NCBI GenBank assembly: GCA_001871115.1
Contig: MNUR01000077.1
Span: 4,589-68,588, forward strand
Source: Elusimicrobia bacterium CG1_02_56_21
Lineage (GTDB): Bacteria; Elusimicrobiota; Elusimicrobia; Elusimicrobiales; UBA9959
Length of the DNA: 64,000 bases
Direction: 5' to 3'
The notes below the pieces were generated by a model. It ran no database searches. It was given only the letters and a program-made list of their open reading frames with translations, and was not told the DNA's origin. Shown piece after piece: positions 27,666 through 37,100 of the stretch. The position numbers were made by a program, and so were the translations under genes. Within the stretch, counting starts at the first letter, position 1. Each line of letters begins with the position of its first letter.

Positions 27666-29033
27666 TTATTTGGCTCCGTAGAGAAAAGTAACGAACTCGT
27701 GCCAGCCGGCGGCTTTGTCGAAGGCAAAATCCGTATATTTGCCCTCGAAGATCCCCTCCAGCTTCTCCTGCGGAACGCGGGTTTCAACGGGCGGCAGGTA
27801 GACGGAGATGCCTTTACTCTCCGCCAGGTCGCGCCCCACGCGGTTATTGCCCGAAGACTTATTATCTATCACCAGTTCCCTGTCTATATAGTCCTGCAGC
27901 GCCGCGGCTTTTTCCCTGAGAGCGCCGGCCTTCTCATGCTCTTTGAGGTTAGCTGCAGCCAGCTGAGCGAACTGGGACACATCCCCGTAAAAAGAGATGG
28001 TCATTGCCGGGTCAGAACCGCCGCCCACCGCGTCGTAGCGAATGACGCCGTTCCGCGCGGCTTTCATCGCGTCCATATCGCCTATCTCCATGGCCAGCTT
28101 CGCGAAATCAGACATCTTCAGGGCCAGGCCGTCCATCCTTGAACCCCTTATGGCCGAAAGCTGCGCGCCTTTATTGAGCGCGTCGTAAAACATCTTGAAA
28201 GCTTCCACCATCACGGTACCGGTCTCCTCAGCGCCAAAGTCCGGCCTCTGGGCCATTGCGCCCAGGAACATGTCATAAGGATAGCCCAGCCCCGGCACGG
28301 TTTCCTCGGAGCCAACGATTACCTGCGCCTCGTCCTTCACCTCAAAGGCCACCTCGGCCATGTTCATAAGGCAGGCGTCAAAGGCAAGGATATCCACTTT
28401 GCCCGCCTCTTTGAGTATAAGGCCGATCTGGGGAGTCCTGATATAATTACCGGTCTCGTCGTCAAATGAAATGCCCTTCTCTTCCTGACGCGGGTCCATC
28501 CAGCCGGAGCCGTGGTTCCAGACTATCAGCATATAGCGCTTGGCGGGGAATTTTTTCTTGGACCATTTAACAAAATCTACCGCGCGTTTATAATCGCCCA
28601 TGTCCACCGTTTTGTCTTCCTGCAGCACGCGCGAAGTGATCTTTTCCGTATCATTGTCTTTCTTTATCAGCATTCGGCGGGACCCGGTCCAGTCCCCGTC
28701 CAAATTGGTATCCCCCCCCGCCTGGCCATTCATCCGGCCCATCTCCACCACTACATTCATCCTGGAAGTGGAGCCGACTTTCTCCATCTGGTTCACATTG
28801 TAGAGCCCGGCCAGTTCCAGGTCGTTCTTGCCGTTTATAAATACCATTACCGTCCATTCTTTCAGCGAAGCCCTTTCCTCTTCCTGAGGAGCGGCCCTGG
28901 ACACAGCCGGGGCGGGCACGTCGGGGGAGCCGGAACTATAAGTTCCTCCGCCAAAATCAAGGCTCATAGAACCGGCCGCAGAAGTGAATGAGGGCATCAG
29001 CGCAACAACAGCAAAAATGAATATCTTTCTCAT
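27666..29033 (-). CDS. clostripain-related cysteine peptidase (family C11), exported
   Basis: Signal peptide MRKIFIFAVVALMPSFTSA after a GGAGG SD (the track start at 29057 is GTG). Catalytic His in VWNHGSGW and Cys in AFDACLM. Confidence 0.9.
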   Translation of the reverse strand: MRKIFIFAVVALMPSFTSAAGSMSLDFGGGTYSSGSPDVPAPAVSRAAPQEEERASLKEWTVMVFINGKNDLELAGLYNVNQMEKVGSTSRMNVVVEMGRMNGQAGGDTNLDGDWTGSRRMLIKKDNDTEKITSRVLQEDKTVDMGDYKRAVDFVKWSKKKFPAKRYMLIVWNHGSGWMDPRQEEKGISFDDETGNYIRTPQIGLILKEAGKVDILAFDACLMNMAEVAFEVKDEAQVIVGSEETVPGLGYPYDMFLGAMAQRPDFGAEETGTVMVEAFKMFYDALNKGAQLSAIRGSRMDGLALKMSDFAKLAMEIGDMDAMKAARNGVIRYDAVGGGSDPAMTISFYGDVSQFAQLAAANLKEHEKAGALREKAAALQDYIDRELVIDNKSSGNNRVGRDLAESKGISVYLPPVETRVPQEKLEGIFEGKYTDFAFDKAAGWHEFVTFLYGAK

Positions 29034-29235
29034 ATGATCCTCCGTCTTACCTGCCACAGCAATAGTATAGCAGGGTTGCTTGACATGTCAAGTCCGGCAA
29101 GGCCCAGGCCGATAAGGGCCGAAGGGCCCAGATTTCATAGGCCTAAAAGCGCCGCTAAGGGGGGCACTGTGCCCTTTGCGTAAGGGCCGCGATTGTGGCA
29201 GAATATACGTAGACAGCAAATAGAGGAGATACTGA

Positions 29236-30192
29236 ATGAACAAGGCATATAAACTGATAGCAGCAATAATATTTTCCGCTTTAGCCGGCTCCCGGGCCAT
29301 AGCCGCCGAAAGCCTGGTTCTCAGCAATGCCGGCCTCTCCCTGCCCGCCATAGAAGCCCCCCTCCCCGAAGCCCCAAAGTCCAATCAGTGGAATACGCTG
29401 AAAAAGATCACCGTCAACACCGCGCAGCCGGACATGAACGACACCCTTATCGGCATGGTGAAGCACGGTCAGGACATCGACAAGGCCGTGAAAGAGCTCA
29501 AGAAGAACGGCTTCAGGGCGAGCGCCGTGCAGGACAACCTCGGCGGCTACATGGTAATGGTGGACGTGAAAGGCCTGGACGCGGCGGACCAGGCCGTGGG
29601 CCTCGCCCGCTACTACTATATCACCGAGGTCAAAGTCGGCCGGAAAGTTCATAACCAGCTTTTTGGCCTTAACAACAAGTCCACTTTCGCCGTGAAGATG
29701 GGCACCATAAAGGGCGGGATAAACCACTCCCCAGTGGACGTGAAGCTCAACAAGCTGGACTGGACCATCACCGGCGGGATGAACCACTCCCCCGTGGACC
29801 TGAAGATAGACCACGAAGCTAAGACCATAACCGGCGGCGCGAACCTCTCCCCCGTCAGCCTCAAGTTCGACTGGAGCGCCGAAGAAGTCAGCATTTACGG
29901 CGGGGCCAACCACAGCCCCGTCAAATACACCGTGAACTGGAAGGGCGGCCTGCTCCAGGGCTACGCCAACAATTCCCCGGTCAAGCTCGAATTCAACATG
30001 GGCGAAGGCTATGCCGACCAGACCATAGTGAACGTGACGGGCTACGCGAACCACGCCCCGGTAGAACTCACCTACAATAAAGTCAACGGCCATATCGGCG
30101 GCTATATGAATTACAGCCCCGTGGACGTGAACCTGGTCAACTGCGACCTTTACGACTTCCTGCAGTACTTCTTCCTGTTCCTGAACAAATAG
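29236..30192 (+). CDS. exported repeat protein with G-G-x-N-H-S-P-V repeats
   Basis: Signal peptide and GAGGAG SD. About 7 repeats of roughly 20-25 aa centred on GG(I/M/A)NHSPV(D/S/K). No family recognised. Confidence 0.85.
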   Translation: MNKAYKLIAAIIFSALAGSRAIAAESLVLSNAGLSLPAIEAPLPEAPKSNQWNTLKKITVNTAQPDMNDTLIGMVKHGQDIDKAVKELKKNGFRASAVQDNLGGYMVMVDVKGLDAADQAVGLARYYYITEVKVGRKVHNQLFGLNNKSTFAVKMGTIKGGINHSPVDVKLNKLDWTITGGMNHSPVDLKIDHEAKTITGGANLSPVSLKFDWSAEEVSIYGGANHSPVKYTVNWKGGLLQGYANNSPVKLEFNMGEGYADQTIVNVTGYANHAPVELTYNKVNGHIGGYMNYSPVDVNLVNCDLYDFLQYFFLFLNK

Positions 30193-30210
30193 GCAGTAAA
30201 GGGAAAAAGA

Positions 30211-30237
30211 GCCCCCCGGCAGCGGGGGGCTTTTTTT
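30211..30237 (+). terminator. intrinsic terminator
   Basis: 8-bp stem GCCCCCCG / CGGGGGGC with loop GCAG, followed by T7. Confidence 0.85.
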
Positions 30238-30252
30238 ATTTTCGCATAGTAC

Positions 30253-30280
30253 GGTTATTACGGGAATTTTAATATATAAT
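30253..30280 (+). promoter_or_regulatory. candidate promoter giving a (near-)leaderless transcript
   Basis: TATAAT at 30275-30280. Predicted +1 is at 30287, and the ATG is at 30288. No SD and a weak -35. Confidence 0.3.
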
Positions 30281-30287
30281 ATAAACG

Positions 30288-31151
30288 ATGAAGCGACTGC
30301 TCCTTGCCGCGGCCCTGACCGCGCTTACCGTGATGCAGGCCCCCGCCGCCTGGTGGGCCGAAAACGATTATGTAACAGGCTCCAACGGACTCAAAAAAAA
30401 TTCCCTTACGCTCTTCAGCACCAGCTCTTCCGCCTTCACCTCCGGGCTGAATTTATCTTTCTACAAGGACAGCGCCGGCTACAGGGACAAGGTTTACTCC
30501 TTCCGGCTCCCCCTGATGTACTCAGGCCACGGCCATTTTATCTCGCTGAAGCCTTTTGTTTACCCCGTCTCCCCGCAGACCCGGTCCGGGGCCGCCGGCG
30601 GCAGGTTTTACTTTCTGACCTCTCTGGGAGAATCAGAGAGCGAGAGCTACCTCCACCTGATAGTTTCAGGAGCCTGGGCCAGGCAGAAAGCCTTTATCAC
30701 CCGGCCCGGCTCGCCGGCCGGGAGAAAGACTTTTTCCGAATCCGCGTATGAGCTCCAGCTGGAAAAGTCTTTCTTCGGACAATTCTTCATACAGGCTTCG
30801 GCGGCCGGCTTCCCAAAGGTCCCCGGCGTCCCGAATTCCAGGCTGGTGAGCCCAGTGCTGGACCAGTCCGACATGGCCCTCCTTGGGACCTTCCGCCCCC
30901 TGACCGCTGTCCCGGAATGGGCCATGACCGCGCAGATAGCCAGGAACATGAGGCCGGATTTTGAGAGCCATCTTTACGCGGGATATAGTAAAATATCTTT
31001 CAGGCAGGCTGAGCAGATAAATTCGGTAATAGCCGGGATGAAACTGGGACTCAACGACAAAAGCAGCCTTGACCTGGCGTACAACGCCAGCAGGCAGGAA
31101 GGCTCGGCCTGGAAGAACTACTACAGGATACTTTTGCAGATATTTTTTTAG
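30288..31151 (+). CDS. hypothetical exported protein, outer-membrane beta-barrel-like
   Basis: Signal peptide ending APAAW, alternating hydrophobic pattern, C-terminal aromatic residues ...LLQIFF. Confidence 0.7.
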   Translation: MKRLLLAAALTALTVMQAPAAWWAENDYVTGSNGLKKNSLTLFSTSSSAFTSGLNLSFYKDSAGYRDKVYSFRLPLMYSGHGHFISLKPFVYPVSPQTRSGAAGGRFYFLTSLGESESESYLHLIVSGAWARQKAFITRPGSPAGRKTFSESAYELQLEKSFFGQFFIQASAAGFPKVPGVPNSRLVSPVLDQSDMALLGTFRPLTAVPEWAMTAQIARNMRPDFESHLYAGYSKISFRQAEQINSVIAGMKLGLNDKSSLDLAYNASRQEGSAWKNYYRILLQIFF

Positions 31152-31163
31152 GACGGTAGATCG

Positions 31164-32729
31164 ATGATAACGCAGTCGCAGGAAAGTCTGGAAATGCTGG
31201 TGATGGTTTCCCGGCTGCTTTCCTCCAAACTAGACATTTCAGAGCTTCTCACCACCATCATGCGCCTGGCTTCGCGCGTGGTAGGGGCGGAGCGCGCCTC
31301 GCTTTACCTGCTTGACGAGGCAGCGCAGGAACTTTATTTTGACGTTGCCCTCGGACTGCCCGAAGACGTGCAGAAGATGCGCTTCAAGCTGGGCGAAGGC
31401 GTGGCCGGAACCTGCGCCAAGGAAGGCCGCTCCATCATCATAAACGACGCGGCTACCGACCCCCGTCACTCGAAGAAAGCCGATTCAAAGAGCGGCTTCA
31501 CCACGCGCTCCCTGCTGACCTGCCCGATGATAATCAAGGGCAAGGTCATCGGCGTCGTACAGGCCATAAACCGCACCGAGGGGGATTTTTCGGAAATAGA
31601 CAAGAACAGTTTTGAAGCCTTTTCCAGCCAGGCCGCGATAGCCATAGAGAACTCCCGCCTTTTCTCTTCCGTCAAGGAAGAAAAACGCAAGATGGAGATA
31701 GTTTTTAAACGCATCAAAGAAGGCGCGATACTGACCGACATCAACGGCGGGATAATACTAATAAACAGCTCCGCCAAAGTCTACCTTGAGCACGAAAAAT
31801 ATAAATTCAAGAACATCCGCGACGCCTTCCAGGACTATGAAGTAAAGCCCGGAATGGAGACCGTACTCGCCGCGGAGGAGTCCGTCTCCCGCCTGGAACT
31901 TTACAGGGAGAAGCCCAAAAGGTTCTACCTGGACGGTACGGCCATAAAGCTTTTCAAAGAAGACCGGGACGGGAACCAGATAGCCGAAGGCAAACTCTGG
32001 ATACTGACCGACGTCACCGCTCACCGCCTTGAAGAAAGGATGGCCCGCAATTTCCTCTCGCTGATCTCCCATAAATTCAAAACCCCGCTGGCCTCCATAA
32101 ACGGCTATGCGCAGATCCTCAGGGACGAGTCCCAAGCCAAAGGCCTCCCGGAACTGATACAAAAATCCTCGGGCACCATATATTCCCAGGGACAGAAGCT
32201 CAACGGCCTGGTGGAAAGCCTGCTGGATTTTGTTACCATAGACAGCCTGGATTCCTCGGCCCTGGAAAAAATAGATTTCGACGCGGCTGACTTCCTGGGG
32301 GAAATAGCAGAGGACGCCAGGGCGAGATACAAAGAAATCCCCGGCCTCGCCATAAAGATAGCGGCGCCGGAGCAGGTAACGGTTAAAGCCGACCGGAAAA
32401 TCATCGCCGCCGGCATAAAAAGCCTTATTGATAACGCGATAAAGTTTAACCCGGGCAAAGACAAACTTGTTATACTTTCGGCCCAATCCCGCAACGGCTA
32501 CTCGCTTCTTTCGGTGGGCGATAACGGCCCCGGCATACCCGGCGAAGAACTTGAAACCGTTTTTCACAAATTCTACCAGGTGGAGGCTTCGTTCACCGGC
32601 CAGGTGGAAGGGTGGGGCCTTGGCCTCGCTCTCGTAAAGAAAATAGCCGAGGTGCACTGCGGCAGGGCCTTCGCAAGGTCCCAGCTGCAGAAGGGCTCGG
32701 CTTTTACTATAGCCTTGCCGTCCAAATAG
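31164..32729 (+). CDS. GAF-domain sensor histidine kinase
   Basis: GAF domain (N-terminus), PAS-like middle, H-box SHKFKTPLASINGYAQIL, HATPase N/G boxes (DNAIKFN, GDNGPGIP, GWGLGLALV). Confidence 0.9.
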   Translation: MITQSQESLEMLVMVSRLLSSKLDISELLTTIMRLASRVVGAERASLYLLDEAAQELYFDVALGLPEDVQKMRFKLGEGVAGTCAKEGRSIIINDAATDPRHSKKADSKSGFTTRSLLTCPMIIKGKVIGVVQAINRTEGDFSEIDKNSFEAFSSQAAIAIENSRLFSSVKEEKRKMEIVFKRIKEGAILTDINGGIILINSSAKVYLEHEKYKFKNIRDAFQDYEVKPGMETVLAAEESVSRLELYREKPKRFYLDGTAIKLFKEDRDGNQIAEGKLWILTDVTAHRLEERMARNFLSLISHKFKTPLASINGYAQILRDESQAKGLPELIQKSSGTIYSQGQKLNGLVESLLDFVTIDSLDSSALEKIDFDAADFLGEIAEDARARYKEIPGLAIKIAAPEQVTVKADRKIIAAGIKSLIDNAIKFNPGKDKLVILSAQSRNGYSLLSVGDNGPGIPGEELETVFHKFYQVEASFTGQVEGWGLGLALVKKIAEVHCGRAFARSQLQKGSAFTIALPSK

Positions 32730-32750
32730 TAACACTACCCGGCAAGCGCA

Positions 32751-32787
32751 AAAGAAAGCCCCCGCTCTAAATGCGGGGGCTTTCTTT
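32751..32787. terminator. bidirectional intrinsic terminator
   Basis: Perfect 15-bp stem AAAGAAAGCCCCCGC / GCGGGGGCTTTCTTT with a 7-nt loop, between convergent genes. Confidence 0.8.
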
Positions 32788-32819
32788 TGCCGGGGGCGGA
32801 CCGCGGAGCAGGTATAGAC

Positions 32820-34547
32820 TCAGGCTTTCACAACCCTGCCGGTCCTGAGGTTTACAGAAACCCTGTCCCCTGTAGCCAGCTGCCCCAGGTTGCGCGCCTC
32901 CACTACCAGCGGGATCTTGAACTCGGCGCAGAGGGCGGCCGCATGTGAGCACATCGCCCCGCGCGAAACGACTACGGCCGAGATACGCCGCGCGTAAGAA
33001 ACAAAACTGGGCTCGAAATCCGGGGCCGCATAGATAAAGCGTTTAAGCCGGGTCTTCAGTATATCGCGGTCGAAGACCAGCGGCCCTGCCACAAAGCCGT
33101 CGGCGGGGAACAAAGGCAGGCCTTCCACCGCCCCCGGCCTGGCTTTTGAACTGAAGGCCGCGAGCGCGGCCTTACGCTCCTTGGCCATAACTTTAAGCCT
33201 GTCTTTAAGGGCCTGTTTTAAAAGTTTTTCATATCCTCCGCCCCGCAATCCCGGGATTATCCGCGCAAGGTTTTCGGCTTCTTCCCCCAGCCTCTCAAGC
33301 ATTCTCCGGGCGGAATCCGCATTCAGCCTGAGGCGCAGAAAAAGCCCCTCGCGGCGCCCGAAGCGCGGCTTCGGAACCGTGAAGGAGATCGGAAAAGAAA
33401 CAGGTCCGGATTTAAAGCGCGCCCTCTTTACAGGCCCCGCGCTTTTATCGGCCAGCCGGAAGATGAACAAAAGTTTTTCTTTAGCGGCCTCCGACAACAG
33501 ACGCCTGCAGCGCTTGTCGCCGGGCGGCGGGAAAACATCCTCTAACTCACCCCCGAAACGCACCCCCACCCAGGCCTTGCTCCTGGCCAGGCGGATCCCG
33601 CCCCCGCGAAGCATAATACAGAAATGCTCCAGACTCTCGGCCGCGGGCCTGCGCGCACCCAGATAATTAAAGGCCAGCAGGTCGGAAGTCTCGTAAAGAC
33701 TCCAGTCTTTGCCGGCAAGGCCGAGGCTGCTCATAAGGCGAGAAATTTTCAGGTAGACCCGCGGCATGTCCATAAGCCCGCCGCTGAAGTCCAGGTCGGA
33801 GACGGGCCTGGCCTGCAGGACCGTGAGCCCGCCGGCGCCGCTGATAAATTCCAGCGCTATGTTCCGGCGTTTAACCACGTCCCTCTGCGCCCGCAGCGCC
33901 GTGCTGAGGGCCTGGAACATTATTTTTTTAACGCGCGGATTATCTGCCGGGCCGCTCCATTTCTTCAGCTTGAAATCATAAAAACCGCGCCACTCCACGC
34001 GTTTTCCGGAAGTTACGCCCTCAGGGCCGAGCCTGGAAATCTCTATTACCGCCCGGCTTTCATGGTAAACAGAACACACGCCGCCGAATTCTGCGGACAG
34101 ATAAGGGTGTACCAGCACGGCCATTTCTGAAAGCTCCCCCGGGGCCTTCCCGCTGGCGCGGCCATAAGCCCTGGCGCGCGCCCCCTGCGCGGAGGCAAGG
34201 CAGGAAAGAACGGCTTTAGGCAGGAACTTTGCGTCCCTGGCCGCGAAAGAGCTGTATATACCGGAAGCGGAGGCGCCGGACCTGTCTTCCAGCCTGGCGG
34301 AACTGCGGGCGATAAGCCCCTGCCCGGGCCAGAGCGCAGCAGCTTCAGCGCGCAGCCCGGCGGCGAGGTCCGAAGACAGGAATGTTTTTTTCCGGGAAGC
34401 CCGAAAAAGCAGGCGGGCGTGTTTAACGGTAATTACGCGGCAGTCGGGGATCCTGAAACCCGCGGCGCCGAGGGCGCGCAGGCCGGCCGCTTTCCCGCCC
34501 GCTTCAGAAGCGGGGATGTCGGAAGAAAGCCGGGTTAATAATCGCAT
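32820..34547 (-). CDS. PEP/pyruvate-binding (PPDK_N-like ATP-grasp) protein with C-terminal phosphohistidine swivel domain
   Basis: N-terminal GGKAAGLRAL motif. C-terminal mobile domain VVVSRGAMCSHAAALCAEFKIPLVV with the conserved His. No PEP-utilising TIM-barrel domain. Confidence 0.85.
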   Translation of the reverse strand: MRLLTRLSSDIPASEAGGKAAGLRALGAAGFRIPDCRVITVKHARLLFRASRKKTFLSSDLAAGLRAEAAALWPGQGLIARSSARLEDRSGASASGIYSSFAARDAKFLPKAVLSCLASAQGARARAYGRASGKAPGELSEMAVLVHPYLSAEFGGVCSVYHESRAVIEISRLGPEGVTSGKRVEWRGFYDFKLKKWSGPADNPRVKKIMFQALSTALRAQRDVVKRRNIALEFISGAGGLTVLQARPVSDLDFSGGLMDMPRVYLKISRLMSSLGLAGKDWSLYETSDLLAFNYLGARRPAAESLEHFCIMLRGGGIRLARSKAWVGVRFGGELEDVFPPPGDKRCRRLLSEAAKEKLLFIFRLADKSAGPVKRARFKSGPVSFPISFTVPKPRFGRREGLFLRLRLNADSARRMLERLGEEAENLARIIPGLRGGGYEKLLKQALKDRLKVMAKERKAALAAFSSKARPGAVEGLPLFPADGFVAGPLVFDRDILKTRLKRFIYAAPDFEPSFVSYARRISAVVVSRGAMCSHAAALCAEFKIPLVVEARNLGQLATGDRVSVNLRTGRVVKA

Positions 34548-34583
34548 GTCTGGAGCGAACCGCTGCTCTTTGCGGCCCGCAGC

Positions 34584-35840
34584 CTAATCCTCGTCGTCCG
34601 GCCCCGCCAGGTCGTTATCGGCTATCAGCTCGCGGAGCTCTGCCATATCCGGATTAATAACGTAAGGCTTGCCTACTGACTGCATAGCGCTCTGTATATC
34701 TTTAAGCCCGTTGCCGGTTATCAGCAGCACAACCGATTCATTCTCCTTAACGGTGCCTTCCCTGACGGCCTTGCACAGCCCGGCATAGGTGGCGGCGGCG
34801 GCAGGTTCCGCGAAAACGTTGGAGCCCCGCGCTAAGCGGGGGATGGCTTCCAGGATCTCCGCGTCGGTAACGCTTATGGCGAAGCCCTCTGAATCGCGTA
34901 TAGCCATAACGGCCGCCAGCCCGTCGCGCGGCAGGCTGACAGAGATGCTGTCGGCGATGGTCTTACCTGAAACCGGCTGCACGTCGCCTCCGGACTCGAA
35001 GGCCCGTTTTACGGAATCCGAGCCTTCGGCCTGGACGGCGACCAGCTGCGGAAGCCGCTCTATGATCCCGAGGCGGTGGAATTCCACAAAACCTTTCCAG
35101 ATGCCGCTTATGATATTCCCGTCGCCGACCGGAACGAAGACCTTATCGGGCGTTTCCCAGTTCAGCTGCTCGCAGATCTCGAAAGCGCAGGTCTTCTTTC
35201 CCTCGCGGGTGAAGGGGTTTATCCCGGTGCTGCGGTTGTACCAGCCGTATTCAGCGCCGGCCTTCAGGCACAGTTCAAAAGCGTCGTCGTAAGTTCCCCG
35301 CACCATTATTACGGTGGCGCCGAAAACCAGCAGCTGGGCCACCTTGGGGGCCGGGGCCGTCTCAGGCACGAAAATCACGGTCTTCATATCCAGGCTGCCG
35401 GTCAGGCAGGCCAGAGAAGAAGCCGCATTGCCGGTGGAGGCCGTGGTCATCACCTTCTCTTTCAGCTCGACCGCGCGCGCCGTAACGACAGCGCTGGCCC
35501 TGTCCTTGAAAGAGGCGCTGGGGTTGCGCCCGTCATCCTTTATATACAGGTTATGCACCCCGGCTTCGGCGCCGAGCTTCTCGGCCCGGTAAAGCGGGGT
35601 CCAGCCCACCTGCACAGGCGGCACGCTCTTCATATTGGCTACCGGCAGTATGTCCAGGTAGCGCCAGATGCTGCGCTCGGGATTATCGTTTAAAACTTCG
35701 TAATTGAGGCGCTTCTTTATAAGATTGTAGTCGTAAAGCACCTGAAGATTGCCGCCGCAGGCAATACAGCTGTATTTGGTCTCGGCAAGTTTATGGTCCT
35801 TGCCGCAGCGTATGCACTGTAAAGTCTTTATTTTTTTCAT
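34584..35840 (-). CDS. threonine synthase-like fold-type II PLP enzyme with N-terminal zinc ribbon
   Basis: CIRCGK..CIACGG ribbon, PLP-lysine motif SFKDRAS, glycine loop. Confidence 0.85.
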   Translation of the reverse strand: MKKIKTLQCIRCGKDHKLAETKYSCIACGGNLQVLYDYNLIKKRLNYEVLNDNPERSIWRYLDILPVANMKSVPPVQVGWTPLYRAEKLGAEAGVHNLYIKDDGRNPSASFKDRASAVVTARAVELKEKVMTTASTGNAASSLACLTGSLDMKTVIFVPETAPAPKVAQLLVFGATVIMVRGTYDDAFELCLKAGAEYGWYNRSTGINPFTREGKKTCAFEICEQLNWETPDKVFVPVGDGNIISGIWKGFVEFHRLGIIERLPQLVAVQAEGSDSVKRAFESGGDVQPVSGKTIADSISVSLPRDGLAAVMAIRDSEGFAISVTDAEILEAIPRLARGSNVFAEPAAAATYAGLCKAVREGTVKENESVVLLITGNGLKDIQSAMQSVGKPYVINPDMAELRELIADNDLAGPDDED

Positions 35841-35921
35841 AAGTAAACAAAAAACGTTCGCGGGATCCGAGGCTCGGCCCTCCTTATAGCCAATCCTTTA
35901 ATCCTCCAGCCCTCAGATCCT

Positions 35922-37031
35922 CTACCCGGGGATCACCGTGGTCCCGGCTTTTCCCGCCAGCGTCTCCTCGAAAAGATCGGTTTTTGAAATATAAGCGACG
36001 CTGCCGCCGCCTTTTACGAACTCGATCACGGCCTTTATCTTGGGGCCCATGGAGCCGGCCGGGAAAGGCGGGGGAACCTGGTTGTAGATGGCTTCCAGTT
36101 CGGAAACCTTTATCACCCTGAGGTCGCGCTGGTCAGGCTTCTGGTAATTTATCTTTGCGCCGTCCTCACCGGTGAAAATAGTCAGGCTGACTTCAACCTC
36201 TTTGCCGCGGGCTTTGGCGCGCTTCATAAGCATGCAGCCCAGCAGAGCCGAGGCCAGGTCCTTGTCTATAACGGCCTCAACCCCGGTATACATCTTGAGG
36301 GGTTTGGAACCCTCCTTGGCGGGCTTGGAGAATTCTACGCCGTAATTGCAGACATAGGTCTCTTTGCCGTCTTTAAATTCGGGAGCCACTTCGCGCACCG
36401 GAATACCGCCGCCGCCGACCGTGACGGGGATTATCCCCTTTTCCAGCATTGCTTCTATAGCGTCTATCTCCACTATATCGGTAGGCACGGGGGAGGGAAC
36501 CACGCGGCGCCAGATCTCGGCGCCTTTCTCATCCTTCTTGTAAAGTTTCATCGCCCAGCCGTTCTCTTTCACGCGCAGGTCCGACTCCTCGCGGCTATAA
36601 GAAGGGCCTATGTACTTGGAAGGGCTTTTAAAATCGGAATCGTCCTTGTCCACGACCACCTGCGTCACTATCCCGGCCACGATATTGTCTATTCCGCGTA
36701 TATTCAGCTCATTATTGAGCTGGGCGAGCATAAAGGACATGGCTCCCTGGGTGTCGGCCACGCAGACGTCTAAAGGCAGCGGCGGCAGCGCGGGGCGGCA
36801 CATCTCTGCGCGCAGCAGCACATTGCCCACCTGGGGCCCGTTGCCGTGGGTCATAACATACAGGTCTTCGGGGTGGGCCTGGAAAATATCAGCTACCAGT
36901 TTGCCCGTATCTGCGGTGCGCTGCCACTGCATCGCTATGTCGGGGTTTATGGCCTTGCCCGTCTGAGGATCTTTCATCCCTACCGGGGAGACCTCGTTGC
37001 CGCCGAAAGCAAAAATCCTTATTTTTTTCAT
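35922..37031 (-). CDS. arcC: carbamate kinase-like protein (long form)
   Basis: FGGNEVSP..HGNGPQVGN amino-acid-kinase motifs; 369 aa; context with ygeW/ygeY. Confidence 0.8.
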   Translation of the reverse strand: MKKIRIFAFGGNEVSPVGMKDPQTGKAINPDIAMQWQRTADTGKLVADIFQAHPEDLYVMTHGNGPQVGNVLLRAEMCRPALPPLPLDVCVADTQGAMSFMLAQLNNELNIRGIDNIVAGIVTQVVVDKDDSDFKSPSKYIGPSYSREESDLRVKENGWAMKLYKKDEKGAEIWRRVVPSPVPTDIVEIDAIEAMLEKGIIPVTVGGGGIPVREVAPEFKDGKETYVCNYGVEFSKPAKEGSKPLKMYTGVEAVIDKDLASALLGCMLMKRAKARGKEVEVSLTIFTGEDGAKINYQKPDQRDLRVIKVSELEAIYNQVPPPFPAGSMGPKIKAVIEFVKGGGSVAYISKTDLFEETLAGKAGTTVIPG

Positions 37032-37100
37032 TGCTGTCGCTCCTGGGCTGAGTAGCCGTTCATTCTACCGCTGAATCCCGGCAAAACCTGGCGGCCGCGC

